Source of the DNA: Candidatus Bathyarchaeia archaeon | Lineage (GTDB): Archaea > Thermoproteota > Bathyarchaeia > Bathyarchaeales > Bathycorpusculaceae | Length of the DNA stretch: 30,648 nucleotides | Assembly: GCA_049969855.1 (NCBI GenBank) | Contig: JBMFOB010000015.1 | Coordinates: 1-30,648 of the forward strand | Direction of reading: 5' to 3' | In this document: piece after piece, positions 15,529 to 25,090 of the stretch | Layout: every line of letters starts with the position of its first letter | How positions within the stretch are numbered: the stretch's first letter is position 1 | The notes under the pieces: generated by a model | Databases searched by the model: none | Seen by the model: the letters and a program-made list of their open reading frames with translations, nothing else | Told to the model about the DNA's origin: nothing | Position numbers and translations under genes: made by a program

Positions 15529-16590
15529 TTAAGGTTGTGACTTTTTCAATAATTGATATATTCCTCCAAAGATAAAAGCCAATGCTCTGGCAATGTCTAT
15601 AAACGGATAGACCAGAATCCTCCCATACTTTTTATCTCTATTTTTAATGGTTTTATATCCGTAAAAAATCATCAGCCCAAATGGTGGCAGCAACAGCATG
15701 GATAATAGAGTTATCTGAGACGGAAAAGAGTTTGTCAAAAGGGCGTGTATTGCCAATGTTAGGATTATCAAGCTCCATGTGAGAAAGCCAACTATGCAGA
15801 GGAGAACCCACTTCGGAAATGCACTTTTGATTCCCCTTTTTCTTAACATTAGACCTAAGCCTCGCCCATAACTGAAATTTTGCTTTAAAAGTTCCCGTAG
15901 CACTGGTCTGTGCTTATGTTTAACCACAACATTCGGGTCTAAAACCATATCGTATCCACTTTTGCAAATTCTCTCAACAAGCTCATCCTCGTCAAAACCA
16001 TACTTAATGCCTTCATCAAACAATCCAGCCTTTTTTATGGCATCTTGCCTAAAAGCCATGTTGCAGCCGGCTGGATACTTTTGGGGAGGCTTAACATGGT
16101 CTAATATTTCTCTCTTTCCAAAAATTCTCATGACTGGGATGAGGCTTTCATCGGAATAATGCGACAGAAAACTATCGTAGTATCCTATGACGTTTCCTCC
16201 TACACACCCTACTTGAGGGTTTTGAAAATTGTCGATTATTCTACTTATCCAGTTTTTTGGTATGATGCAATCCGCATCTGTGAATGCTACAATTTCACCG
16301 TGGCTATTTTTTATGCCTGTATTTCTCGCTGCATTTAATCCCGGTCTTTCTTCTAACAAAAGTTTAACTGGATATTGTGAAACTATTTCTCGTGTGTTAT
16401 CTGTGGAGTTTCCATCCACAACAATAATTTCCAACTTATCTTTCTCGTATTCGACTTGCATGAGAGAATCCAAGAGTTCTCTTATGTAAGCTGAACCATT
16501 CTTAACGGGAATTATCACCGAAACTTTTGGGTAATATTCATCTTTCTCATGCAAAGGGCTATGCCCCTCATGAATTTGATTTCCTTTCAT
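15529..16590 (-). CDS. Glycosyltransferase family 2 with C-terminal TM helices
   Basis: VSVIIP, VVDGNSTD, FTDAD, GCNMAFR. Confidence 0.92.
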   Translation of the reverse strand: MKGNQIHEGHSPLHEKDEYYPKVSVIIPVKNGSAYIRELLDSLMQVEYEKDKLEIIVVDGNSTDNTREIVSQYPVKLLLEERPGLNAARNTGIKNSHGEIVAFTDADCIIPKNWISRIIDNFQNPQVGCVGGNVIGYYDSFLSHYSDESLIPVMRIFGKREILDHVKPPQKYPAGCNMAFRQDAIKKAGLFDEGIKYGFDEDELVERICKSGYDMVLDPNVVVKHKHRPVLRELLKQNFSYGRGLGLMLRKRGIKSAFPKWVLLCIVGFLTWSLIILTLAIHALLTNSFPSQITLLSMLLLPPFGLMIFYGYKTIKNRDKKYGRILVYPFIDIARALAFIFGGIYQLLKKSQP

Positions 16591-17551
16591 GCAAAATTGC
16601 TTTTACAGTCTTCTGCACCGCTTGGCGACTGTGCAGTTTAGGCTTCCATCCGAGTTCTTTGATTTTTTCAACACTTAACAGCATGACTTTCACATCTCCC
16701 TTCCAGCCCCTTCCATCATCAACACCGCCACTATAAACATACTTAACATTCTCCAAACCCATCTCTTGACAGATAACATCTGCTATTTCTTTAACGTTCA
16801 CTTGGTCTTCTGAACCAACATTGTATATTTCAACTCTACCGTGCGGATGGCTCATGCCCAAAAGCATGGCATCTATGCAATCATCAATGTATAAGTAAGA
16901 TTTTCTTTGGGTTCCATCTCCAAGAATTTCCAATCGTTTCTGATCCTTAGCAAGTTTATTCACAAAATCATATATGACACCATGCTGCGCCCTCGGTCCT
17001 ATAATATTTGCAAGTCTATAAATTATAGCATCAAATCCGTAGGTGTAAGCGTAACTTATTATCAAAGCTTCAGAAGCAAGCTTAGAAGCCCCATAGAGTG
17101 AAATAGGTTTAAGAGGCGCATAATCTTCTGGGGTTGGAATTTTTTCAGCTTCCCCATAAACGGTTGATGAGGATGTGAAAACAAACTTCTTGACGCATCC
17201 AACTTTGCGAACTGCCTCCAAAAGATTGAAAGTTGCAGTTATATTCTGCTCATAATGCACTCTAGGATCCGCTGTTCCCACTCTAACTTCTGGATTTGCA
17301 GCCAAGTGAAAAACGATTTCACATTCCGATAAGGGCTTTAGGATGCTTTCTGGTTTCAAAAGGTCTTCGTGTACGAAGTTGAAGTTTGATTTTTTCAGCC
17401 ATTGCTTTAAGTTTTCAATTTTTCCAGAACTAAGATTGTCAAATACGACTACTTCTTTCTCGTCTTTGCATAATCGGTCAACCATGTGGCTTCCTATAAA
17501 CCCAGCTCCTCCAGTTATGAAGATTTTTTGAGGGTCTAATGTTTTAGGCAT
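16568..17551 (-). CDS. NAD-dependent epimerase/dehydratase (GalE-like)
   Basis: TGGAGFIG and YGASK motifs of extended SDRs. Confidence 0.93.
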   Translation of the reverse strand: MPKTLDPQKIFITGGAGFIGSHMVDRLCKDEKEVVVFDNLSSGKIENLKQWLKKSNFNFVHEDLLKPESILKPLSECEIVFHLAANPEVRVGTADPRVHYEQNITATFNLLEAVRKVGCVKKFVFTSSSTVYGEAEKIPTPEDYAPLKPISLYGASKLASEALIISYAYTYGFDAIIYRLANIIGPRAQHGVIYDFVNKLAKDQKRLEILGDGTQRKSYLYIDDCIDAMLLGMSHPHGRVEIYNVGSEDQVNVKEIADVICQEMGLENVKYVYSGGVDDGRGWKGDVKVMLLSVEKIKELGWKPKLHSRQAVQKTVKAILHERKSNS

Positions 17552-17651
17552 GTTTCCTCCTCATTGCTTCTACAGGTTTTACAAGTTTGATTGTCAATTT
17601 TTGATTTTCTTTAGAACTCCTAAATAGTTATGTTTTGTGGAATTTTGAAGT

Positions 17652-18467
17652 TTAAAAATTGTAGTATAACGGTTTGGTTTTCCATAGCTTGGTATAGGAC
17701 TTTCTTGGACGCTTGAGCGTTCTGATTTTCTTTCTTATTCGACGCCAAATAAGATATTTCGGAAGAAGTTGTTCAAGTTTTTCCTTGTGAGAATGATAAA
17801 CGCTAAATTTTGGTTCCACAATTATTTTGTAGCCTCTTGCCTGCATTTCTATAGCCCAGTCATAGTCTTCTCCCCCAAACTTTCCAGCATATGGAATTTC
17901 TTTTGGCAGTTTTTCATTAAAGGGATATTCTTTCCACAATGACTTTCTTAGGATACAGTCTATTGTTGAAAAGTAGTTATCTTTAACATAAGCCCTACTA
18001 ATCTCGTTAAATTTCTTCCACGCGTTATATACAAGTTTTTCCATTAAAGTTCCATTTTTATGCGGAGAAAAGTAGCCGCCAACACCCGCAACCGTTGGGT
18101 TCTTAAAATGGCTTACCCCACCTTCCAACCAAGTATTCGAAGAAGGTAAGGAATGCCCATTCGTTATACAAATAAAATCTGCTTCTGCAACGAAAACTCC
18201 AACGTTTGTAGAGTATGGATGGGAGAACTCTTCATCCTTTATTGGAACAAGCTTCAAACCAACATTGCCACTAAAAATTTCTTTCTTAGCCGAAAACAAA
18301 AGTTTTCTCATCTCCTCCAGCTTTTTCATCGAAGAAAAATTGTCTACAACAACCACTTCGCATGGTTGCAGCGTTTGACAAGAAAGCTTCAGCAAAAGTT
18401 GTTGTAAAAAGCTTTCAACATCCCTCGTTCGGATGAGAATTGAAACGCTGTATTTTTTGTATGACAT
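17652..18467 (-). CDS. Glycosyltransferase family 2
   Basis: VSILIRT, VVVDNFS, GGED; DxD position reads NGH. Confidence 0.8.
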   Translation of the reverse strand: MSYKKYSVSILIRTRDVESFLQQLLLKLSCQTLQPCEVVVVDNFSSMKKLEEMRKLLFSAKKEIFSGNVGLKLVPIKDEEFSHPYSTNVGVFVAEADFICITNGHSLPSSNTWLEGGVSHFKNPTVAGVGGYFSPHKNGTLMEKLVYNAWKKFNEISRAYVKDNYFSTIDCILRKSLWKEYPFNEKLPKEIPYAGKFGGEDYDWAIEMQARGYKIIVEPKFSVYHSHKEKLEQLLPKYLIWRRIRKKIRTLKRPRKSYTKLWKTKPLYYNF

Positions 18468-18615
18468 TCTAAGATTTGAGTGGGGTAAAGGTGTTTAAAA
18501 ATATGATGCCTTAAACGAAAACAGCAACGTTATCATAGCATTTAACTCTACTCTTTATGTAACGATTAAATCTAACCGATAAATGATTTAACTCGGTTAA
18601 TGGAGGGATTAGAGG

Positions 18616-19623
18616 CTGAAGCTTCCTGAAGGGAAAATTCCCGTAGATATTTTAAAGGAAGTTGTTTTCAAAAATTTGGGATTTAAACGCGAAGAAGTTG
18701 TTTTAGGTCCATCCGCTGGATTTGACGGTGCAGTAATTGACATTGGAAATAAATCTCTAATAGTTTCAATGGACCCAATCACAGGCGCTGTTGAACGAAT
18801 CGGCTGGCTTGCCGTTAACGTAAATGCCAATGACATTGCAACCTTCGGCGTAGAACCAACATTATTTTTATCATGCATATTACTTCCAGAAAAGGGCGAA
18901 AGAAAAACTCTTGAAACTATATGCACCCAAATGGATAAGGCAGCGAAAGATTTACGAATAGCCATTATTGGAGGGCATTGCGAAGTAACTCCAAGTTTAA
19001 CAAATCCAATAGTCATTGGCTGTGCAATGGGCATAACCGAAAAAGGAAACTACGTTACAGCGGGAGGAGCCAAACCAGGAGACAAACTAATATTAACCAA
19101 AAGTACAGGAATCGAAGGAACAGCCATCCTTGCAACCGAAAAGGAAAAGCAGCTAAAAAAGGCGATGAAATTAGAAACTTTGCAAAGTGCTAAGGAATTC
19201 TATGACAAAATAAGCGTTGTTAAAGATGCCATCACCGCCATGAAAACTGGTGGAGTTAACGCTATGCACGATCCAACTGAGGGCGGTGTGAGTGGTGGAA
19301 TTCATGAGATGGCAGAGGCTTCGAATGTTGGCTTTCAAGTTTATGAGGAGAGAATTCTCATTCTGCCAGAAACCCAAAAAATATGCGAGTATTTTACGAT
19401 TGACCCACTGCAACTCATCAGTTCTGGAGCCCTACTAATTTCAGCCAAACCAGAATTTGCAGAAAAGATAGTTGAAGAGTTAAAGCAGAATCAGATTAAT
19501 GCTTCAATTATCGGCGAATTCTTAGAAAACAAGCATGCGCATAAGATTATAAGAAAAAACGGAAAAATTCAAACCTTGCCAAGACCAGTTTCAGATCATC
19601 TTTGGCGTGCCCTAAAAAATTAG
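18616..19623 (+). CDS. AIR synthase-related (HypE/PurM-like) protein
   Basis: SMDPITGA, NANDIA, GGHCE, MHDPTEGG; probable CTG start at 18616 after GGAGGG. Confidence 0.88.
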   Translation: MKLPEGKIPVDILKEVVFKNLGFKREEVVLGPSAGFDGAVIDIGNKSLIVSMDPITGAVERIGWLAVNVNANDIATFGVEPTLFLSCILLPEKGERKTLETICTQMDKAAKDLRIAIIGGHCEVTPSLTNPIVIGCAMGITEKGNYVTAGGAKPGDKLILTKSTGIEGTAILATEKEKQLKKAMKLETLQSAKEFYDKISVVKDAITAMKTGGVNAMHDPTEGGVSGGIHEMAEASNVGFQVYEERILILPETQKICEYFTIDPLQLISSGALLISAKPEFAEKIVEELKQNQINASIIGEFLENKHAHKIIRKNGKIQTLPRPVSDHLWRALKN

Positions 19624-19690
19624 TCCTTCCTTGCGCTACTTTAAAATACTCGTGAAAATTTTAGAGACATAAAATGTGAAGTGACCATCC

Positions 19691-20737
19691 TTGGGGTTAA
19701 CCATCCAGAAAGCTGCACGCATTGCCAAATGTTCTATGGCACCTAACAAGCCCTATCATGTACAGTGGATGATTACAAGAAAATGTAACTATCGTTGTAG
19801 AGGGTGCAATGTTTGGCGAGAGCAAGATCCAGAAGAATTGTCTACAGAAGAGATCAAAAGAGGATTGGGCATTCTTAGGACGCTTGACGTTGTTGAAATA
19901 GTCTTTTCTGGAGGAAACCCGCTTTTAAGAGAAGATATAGGTGAAATTTTGGATTATGCTTCACGCTTTTTTGTAACAACAGTTTATGATAATGGCAGCA
20001 TGGCAGCGGAGAAAATTGATGCTTTACATAACGTGGATTTTGTTGCAATTTCTTTAGACAGTTTGGATCCGAGAAAAAATGATTATGTGAAGGGTGTTAA
20101 GGGTTCTTGGAAAAAAGCTATGCAGAGTATCGAAAAACTTCATGAAAACGGAATTCGTGTTGGCGTGTCGCCAACAATTTCTCAATTTAACTTATACGAA
20201 ATGGTAGAATTTACCAATTACTTTTTAAAAAAGGGGGTTCCTGTTTGGTATTGCCTATATTCCTATGACCCTTCCAACGATTCAGACCAACTTTTCAAAA
20301 TCGGTAAGAAGGATGATGAGTTTTTGATAACCGATAACAAAGCAATGGTTGAACTTTGTGATACGCTTATTGATATGGAAAGGAAAAACAGCAACGTACT
20401 CATAACAACTAAAACATTAGAGGCTGTCAAAAACCTTTACTCGAGCGGTAATAGAATATGGAAGTGTCGTGCCCTCCGAAACTTCTTTATTATAGACCAT
20501 TTAGGCCGTGTTGCTGGTTGCCATCTCAACAAACCCGTAACCTCAATTTTCAATTTGCCAAAAGTCTGGAACAGCGAAGAGTTTAATGCCTTACGGAAAA
20601 TTTATAGTGAGTGTTCCAAGTGTATATATCTCTGCTACATTGTTTACTCTCTCCATGGCAGTGTAAGGGGCAACTTGGAAATAACCAGAGAAAAATGGAG
20701 AAGCGCCAAACTCTTCTTGAAAAGAAAAAGTTCTTAG
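19691..20737 (+). CDS. Radical SAM protein with C-terminal SPASM/twitch-like Cys cluster
   Basis: CNYRCRGC, SGGNPLL, ISLD; C-terminal CRA..GC..CSKC..C. Confidence 0.9.
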   Translation: MGLTIQKAARIAKCSMAPNKPYHVQWMITRKCNYRCRGCNVWREQDPEELSTEEIKRGLGILRTLDVVEIVFSGGNPLLREDIGEILDYASRFFVTTVYDNGSMAAEKIDALHNVDFVAISLDSLDPRKNDYVKGVKGSWKKAMQSIEKLHENGIRVGVSPTISQFNLYEMVEFTNYFLKKGVPVWYCLYSYDPSNDSDQLFKIGKKDDEFLITDNKAMVELCDTLIDMERKNSNVLITTKTLEAVKNLYSSGNRIWKCRALRNFFIIDHLGRVAGCHLNKPVTSIFNLPKVWNSEEFNALRKIYSECSKCIYLCYIVYSLHGSVRGNLEITREKWRSAKLFLKRKSS

Positions 20738-21003
20738 CCCTCTAGATTCGGCAAAACAGAAATAATATCAGCTATTTTGTTGGCAAGCATTTTATTGAAT
20801 CCTATTTCTTCTTCTACGTTCAGTATCGGCATAGCTGCTTTCCATAGAGTTTGCATATCATACGTATAATCAATTATTATTCTGGGTCCTGCATCTTTGG
20901 GCTTTTTCAGTTCGAGGATGGAGGGTAAAAGCATGATGAAGATGAGGGTTGAAACTCCGATTGTTAGTAGCATAAAGGTTGTTGGAGTCGGATTCGGAAT
21001 CAT
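20734..21003 (-). CDS. Small single-TM membrane protein
   Basis: N-terminal hydrophobic helix followed by ELKKPKDAGPR; co-oriented downstream of the GT2. Confidence 0.7.
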   Translation of the reverse strand: MIPNPTPTTFMLLTIGVSTLIFIMLLPSILELKKPKDAGPRIIIDYTYDMQTLWKAAMPILNVEEEIGFNKMLANKIADIISVLPNLEG

Positions 21004-21027
21004 TCCTTATCTTTTTGGATTTATCCA

Positions 21028-22316
21028 TCAACTAACAATATAACTGTTTCCGTTCCCAGAGTGAACTGTCTTTGTCCAATGGTTGCAATCTTTTCTGAAA
21101 ATTTTTGATATGAGTAAATCTGTGAGAGCTTTGGTGCATATTGGTATGTTATATAGAAAAGTGAATATAAGCAATGGAATTAACCACTGGGCTCTTGTTC
21201 TACCATCTAAGTATGTACCTATCCCAACCTCAAAGAATGGAGCAAAATTTCCCACAAAACTGTAGAGAGAAAATGAAATTGGGATAGATGCCCAAAACAT
21301 GCCAGCCCATGATGAGGACCCTAGGAAAAACAGTGAAACTCCTATAATCCATGAAAATAAAACCAGAACTGGCATGAAATAGAGATTTAATAAAAGTAAG
21401 CCGTCAATTTTCTCCTTTAAACTTAAATTTTTGCTTTTTAAAACGTTTAAAGAGTGTTTTAGGGCGCATTGCATGTGCCCTTTAGCCCATCTATACCTCT
21501 GCTTCCAATAAGCTCGCCAACTCTCAACAGCTTCTTCATAGCATTCAGCATCATTCACATAACTGACCCTGTATCCAGCGAGGTATACACGAAAAGTTAA
21601 GTCAGTGTCTTCTGCAAGGATTGATTCATCCCATCCTCCAAGGCTTTCTAACAGGTCTCGCCTAAAACCTCCAACAGTTCCACCAAACTGTGTAATTAAT
21701 CCCAAAGCGTCTCTTGCCTGTTGGTCGACGCAGTATCCGCCTATTCTTTCTAATGCCACAAGGCGGGTTACCAAGTTTTGGGGCTCGTTTAGTACGACGA
21801 CTCTGCCTTGCACCGCCCCAACTTTTGGGTTGACGAATTTTTTCGTGAATTTTTCCACTATGTCTCTTTGCGGGTAATAGTCTGCATCAAAGCATAGGCT
21901 GATTTCTCCCGTTGCATGTTTAAAACCTGCGTTTAAGGCTGAGGCTTTTCCTCGTTTTCCTTCTTTTTCGCTTCTGTGTATAACCTTAACGTAAGGATAT
22001 TCCTTTGAGTATTCTTCTGCTATTTTTCCAGTCTTGTCTGTTGAGGCGTCATCGACAACTATTACTTGTAACTTTTCTTTTGGGTAGGTTAGTTTTGTCA
22101 TTCCTTGAAGTATTCTTCCAATTACTTGCTCCTCATTATGCGCTGGGATTAGAATTGAAACTGTTGGTTGATAAGTTATGTTTTCCATCTCATGAGCGTC
22201 TTTATTTCTTTGGTGGTTCCTGAGAATTGTTAAAGTGAATATGTAATGTCGGATTAAGTATGCAGTTATCAGCGCCGTTAAAAAAGGAATAAGACTTCTA
22301 AAAGTTCAGTTATCAA
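21028..22316 (-). CDS. Processive GT2 (cellulose synthase-like); N-terminal TM segment separated by an apparent 1-nt frameshift near 22280-22285
   Basis: DD, GKASALN, DAD, ED, QRYRW motifs in 21028..22188; upstream TTG at 22316 joins this frame if one T is added to the T6 run. Confidence 0.85.
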
Positions 22317-22726
22317 GTTACATTACCGACCTCTCTTTTAGAAGGAGTTAACCATGTTAGGCTCATAGCCCAAAATGAGACAATCCATACAAGGTTTATG
22401 AAAGGACTCAAAATTATGTAGGGAACGCTGAAAAGGGTTCCGAAGGAGCTAGCCGCTGTATAAGCAAATAGGTAAAAAAGATAATTCCAAATCAACCCTA
22501 CGATATTGCCTATAAAAAGCATGAAAATTTTCTTCGTAAGCGTTCCATTTAATGGAAAAATTAGAGAGGCAAAGAGGAAATTAAAGAGGGCAAGCGTGAA
22601 GCCAGTTTCATCGGGAAGCCTCAAAAAATACAATAGCAAACAAGAAAAAGCTATTCCAACAATTAAGCCAAAAACCAAGTGGTCCATTTTCAATTTGCCT
22701 TCCTCCATTTCCAACTTCTCCCTCAC
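22313..22726 (-). CDS. Hypothetical 4-TM membrane protein
   Basis: Four hydrophobic segments; its stop overlaps the GT2 TTG (TTGA). Confidence 0.75.
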   Translation of the reverse strand: MREKLEMEEGKLKMDHLVFGLIVGIAFSCLLLYFLRLPDETGFTLALFNFLFASLIFPLNGTLTKKIFMLFIGNIVGLIWNYLFYLFAYTAASSFGTLFSVPYIILSPFINLVWIVSFWAMSLTWLTPSKREVGNVT

Positions 22727-22784
22727 AATCCCTTATAGAGGTCGATTATAGAAAAGCAATATAGAAGATAATTCTAGAATAGTT

Positions 22785-23185
22785 TTAAAGCTTGCGCATA
22801 AACCCGCATCACCATTGTAAAGGGCTGATTTAATAATTTCTTCAGGCGGATAATAAGCGACTTCTTCTGGTTTTGGTTCAGTCTTTGAAAGGTGAAAGTT
22901 CTGACACCAAACGCAGTCTAAATTGCAGGACCATGTGGAAAATGTGAGGGCTGTGGAACCGGGCCAGTAATGGAAGAATGGTTTAATTTCTATTGGGTGG
23001 CTTTCAATGGTGCTTATATTGCCGTAAACAAGCGTGTATAATTCGCCGTTTATGTTAACTCTTGTTTTGCAAAAATCTTTTGCGCCAGACGCAATTTCGC
23101 ATCTTCTTTCGCATAGTCTGCATCTAACCTTATCGTTGGCTAATTTTTCTTAAAATATTGCTTTTCGAACAGTTGGATAACGCAT
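22785..23185 (-). pseudogene. AmmeMemoRadiSam-type radical SAM enzyme (PflA-like), with a nonsense codon and a truncation
   Basis: MRYPTVRKAIF*EKLANDKVRCRLCERRC..FCKTR..PIEIKPFFHYWPG..SCNLDCVWCQN..GLCASF; TAA at 23150-23152; similarity ends near 22785. Confidence 0.88.
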
Positions 23186-23232
23186 TAAATCAGACATTAA
23201 CACTCAATTATATGGCTTGGTTTGGCTGAAAA

Positions 23233-24231
23233 TTAACTTTTAACGCTTTTGAAGTGCTCCCAACCCCGAGCTTCAATGATGCTTTCCTTCTCTTTAGTTT
23301 TCAGAAGAACACGCTTATCTGCTGTAACCTTTCCTATGGGTAAAAGTTTGCCGCCAACCTCTGAAATGGCTTTTTCGGCCTTTTTCCAAAGTTTAGGCTT
23401 TAAAGTCAAAACAAGTTCATATTCCTCTCCTCCATAAAGCGTCAACTCGGACGGGTCAATGCTATTGATTTCAGCAAACTTTTCAACCTCTTTGGCTGTT
23501 GGAAGCTTTTCAATTAAGAAGCCAACTTTGCTTGCCCTCGAAATTTCATGGAGACTCCATGCTAAGCCATCGCTTGAGTCTATGGCTGATGCTACGGCTT
23601 TTGTTTGGCTTAGGGCTAAGCCTTCTTTTAATCGTGCCTTTGGCATTAAAACTGGCTCAATAAGCACTTTGCGAATTTTAGCTGGCGCCTCAAAATCGTT
23701 CATTAAAATTTTTAACCCAGAAGCTGTTTTACCAAAAAAACCAGTGACCGCAACAATGTCTCCGGGTTTTGCTCCACTTCGCAGCATAACCTTCTCTTTT
23801 TCAGCTATTCCAAAAAGTGAAATGCTAATTACAAGGTCTGAAGCTTCATTCGTGTCTCCCCCAATAATGTAAGCGCCGTACTCGCGGGCTCCAGCATTTA
23901 ATCCGCTTCCAATTTCTTCTATGTCTTTCTCCGTTAGTTTTCTTGGTAGTCCAAGGGATACCAAAAGCGCTAAGGGTTTAACGCCTTTTGCTGCAAAATC
24001 GCTAATATTCATGACAACAGCCTTGCGGGCTGCCTGCCAAAGACTCATGCCAGGCGGGACATCTGTTTTATCAACAAGCATGTCTGTTTTCAAAACTGCA
24101 AGTTTGCCATTTCTCATGTCATATGCGGAAACGTCATCGCCAAATGAAATTGGCATTTTCGGCATCTTTTCCAACTGTTCCAGAATTAGTTCAATTATTT
24201 TTCTTTCTCCAACATCTTTTGAAAGAGGCAA
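23233..24231 (-). CDS. thiL: Thiamine-monophosphate kinase
   Basis: GE..II, GDD, NISDFAAKG, GGDT, DSSDGL, GGEEYEL, GWEHF. Confidence 0.95.
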   Translation of the reverse strand: MPLSKDVGERKIIELILEQLEKMPKMPISFGDDVSAYDMRNGKLAVLKTDMLVDKTDVPPGMSLWQAARKAVVMNISDFAAKGVKPLALLVSLGLPRKLTEKDIEEIGSGLNAGAREYGAYIIGGDTNEASDLVISISLFGIAEKEKVMLRSGAKPGDIVAVTGFFGKTASGLKILMNDFEAPAKIRKVLIEPVLMPKARLKEGLALSQTKAVASAIDSSDGLAWSLHEISRASKVGFLIEKLPTAKEVEKFAEINSIDPSELTLYGGEEYELVLTLKPKLWKKAEKAISEVGGKLLPIGKVTADKRVLLKTKEKESIIEARGWEHFKSVKS

Positions 24232-24343
24232 AATAACTTCCTCCTTACTAAATGAATAGGGTGTATAAACTTAAAAATCCTCAGCAAACCCATAAAAACA
24301 AAAGAACGGTTTAAAAGGCAAATGCCGCCATTACAAATATGAC

Positions 24344-24417
24344 GCCTCGGTAGCTCAGTCTGGTAGAGCGACAGCCTCGTAAGCTGTAGGTCCCGGGATC
24401 AAAGCCCGGCCGAGGCT
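24344..24417 (+). tRNA. tRNA-Thr(CGT), with atypical T-loop ATCAAAG
   Basis: GCCTCGG/CCGAGGC acceptor, ACAGC-CTCGTAA-GCTGT anticodon arm; TTTAAAA box near 24310. Confidence 0.93.
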
Positions 24418-24507
24418 TCGATTTTTGTTGTGTATTTTTGTTGTGCATGTGGACAGAAATATTTATTAAATATTAATATTACCGATTCATATCGGAGGAA
24501 ACCAAAC

Positions 24508-24840
24508 ATGCCGCCCCTTCACATTCACGAGGAAAAACTGAAATGTCCCTACAAGGGATGCGGAAAAACCTTCGATAAACCAGCAGTGCTAACAGATTCC
24601 TCCACAATACCAAGACAAAACTATTATGCATGCCCATACTGCAACTCAAAACTTGACATAATAGTTGAAAACATGAAAATAGTAAGCGTCAAACCAGCAG
24701 AATACCCAAAAGTCCTCGACACACCAGCAAAATGCGCCCACTACTTCGGATTCCTAAACACAGTTCCAAAAGACATGCCAATTCCAGACGAATGCCTAAT
24801 CTGCCCAAAAGTACTCCAATGCAGTATCAAAAAACACTAA
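24508..24840 (+). CDS. Cys-rich double Zn-finger-like hypothetical protein
   Basis: CPYKGC..CPYC and CAH..CLIC....C; GGAGG before ATG 24508. Confidence 0.8.
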   Translation: MPPLHIHEEKLKCPYKGCGKTFDKPAVLTDSSTIPRQNYYACPYCNSKLDIIVENMKIVSVKPAEYPKVLDTPAKCAHYFGFLNTVPKDMPIPDECLICPKVLQCSIKKH

Positions 24841-24918
24841 AACAATCTTACCCTTTTAAGAGAATAATTTTAAATTCAGCCTCTAAAACTTGTATTCTCA
24901 TACAAGCCCATAACAGAA

Positions 24919-25023
24919 GGGGCTGTCGGCTAGCTTGGTCTAGGCTTGGAGACTTGGGCTCTCTAAGCGCTGTGGCGTTTGCCACGTGCGGGAAGGACCC
25001 CGGTTCAAATCCGGGCAGCCCCA
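24919..25023 (+). tRNA. tRNA-Pro(TGG) with a 30-nt intron at position 44/45 (intron 24966-24995)
   Basis: GGGGCTG/CAGCCCC acceptor, GGAGA-CTTGGGC-TCTCT anticodon arm, CCCGG-TTCAAAT-CCGGG T arm; BHB-like TCTC/GGGA helix with TAA and AGG bulges. Confidence 0.92.
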
Positions 25024-25090
25024 TCACATGCTTGTTAAGTATTTATTGAAGTGTTTGGTATCGTATATAGAAATGAAGGAGTGATGGTGC

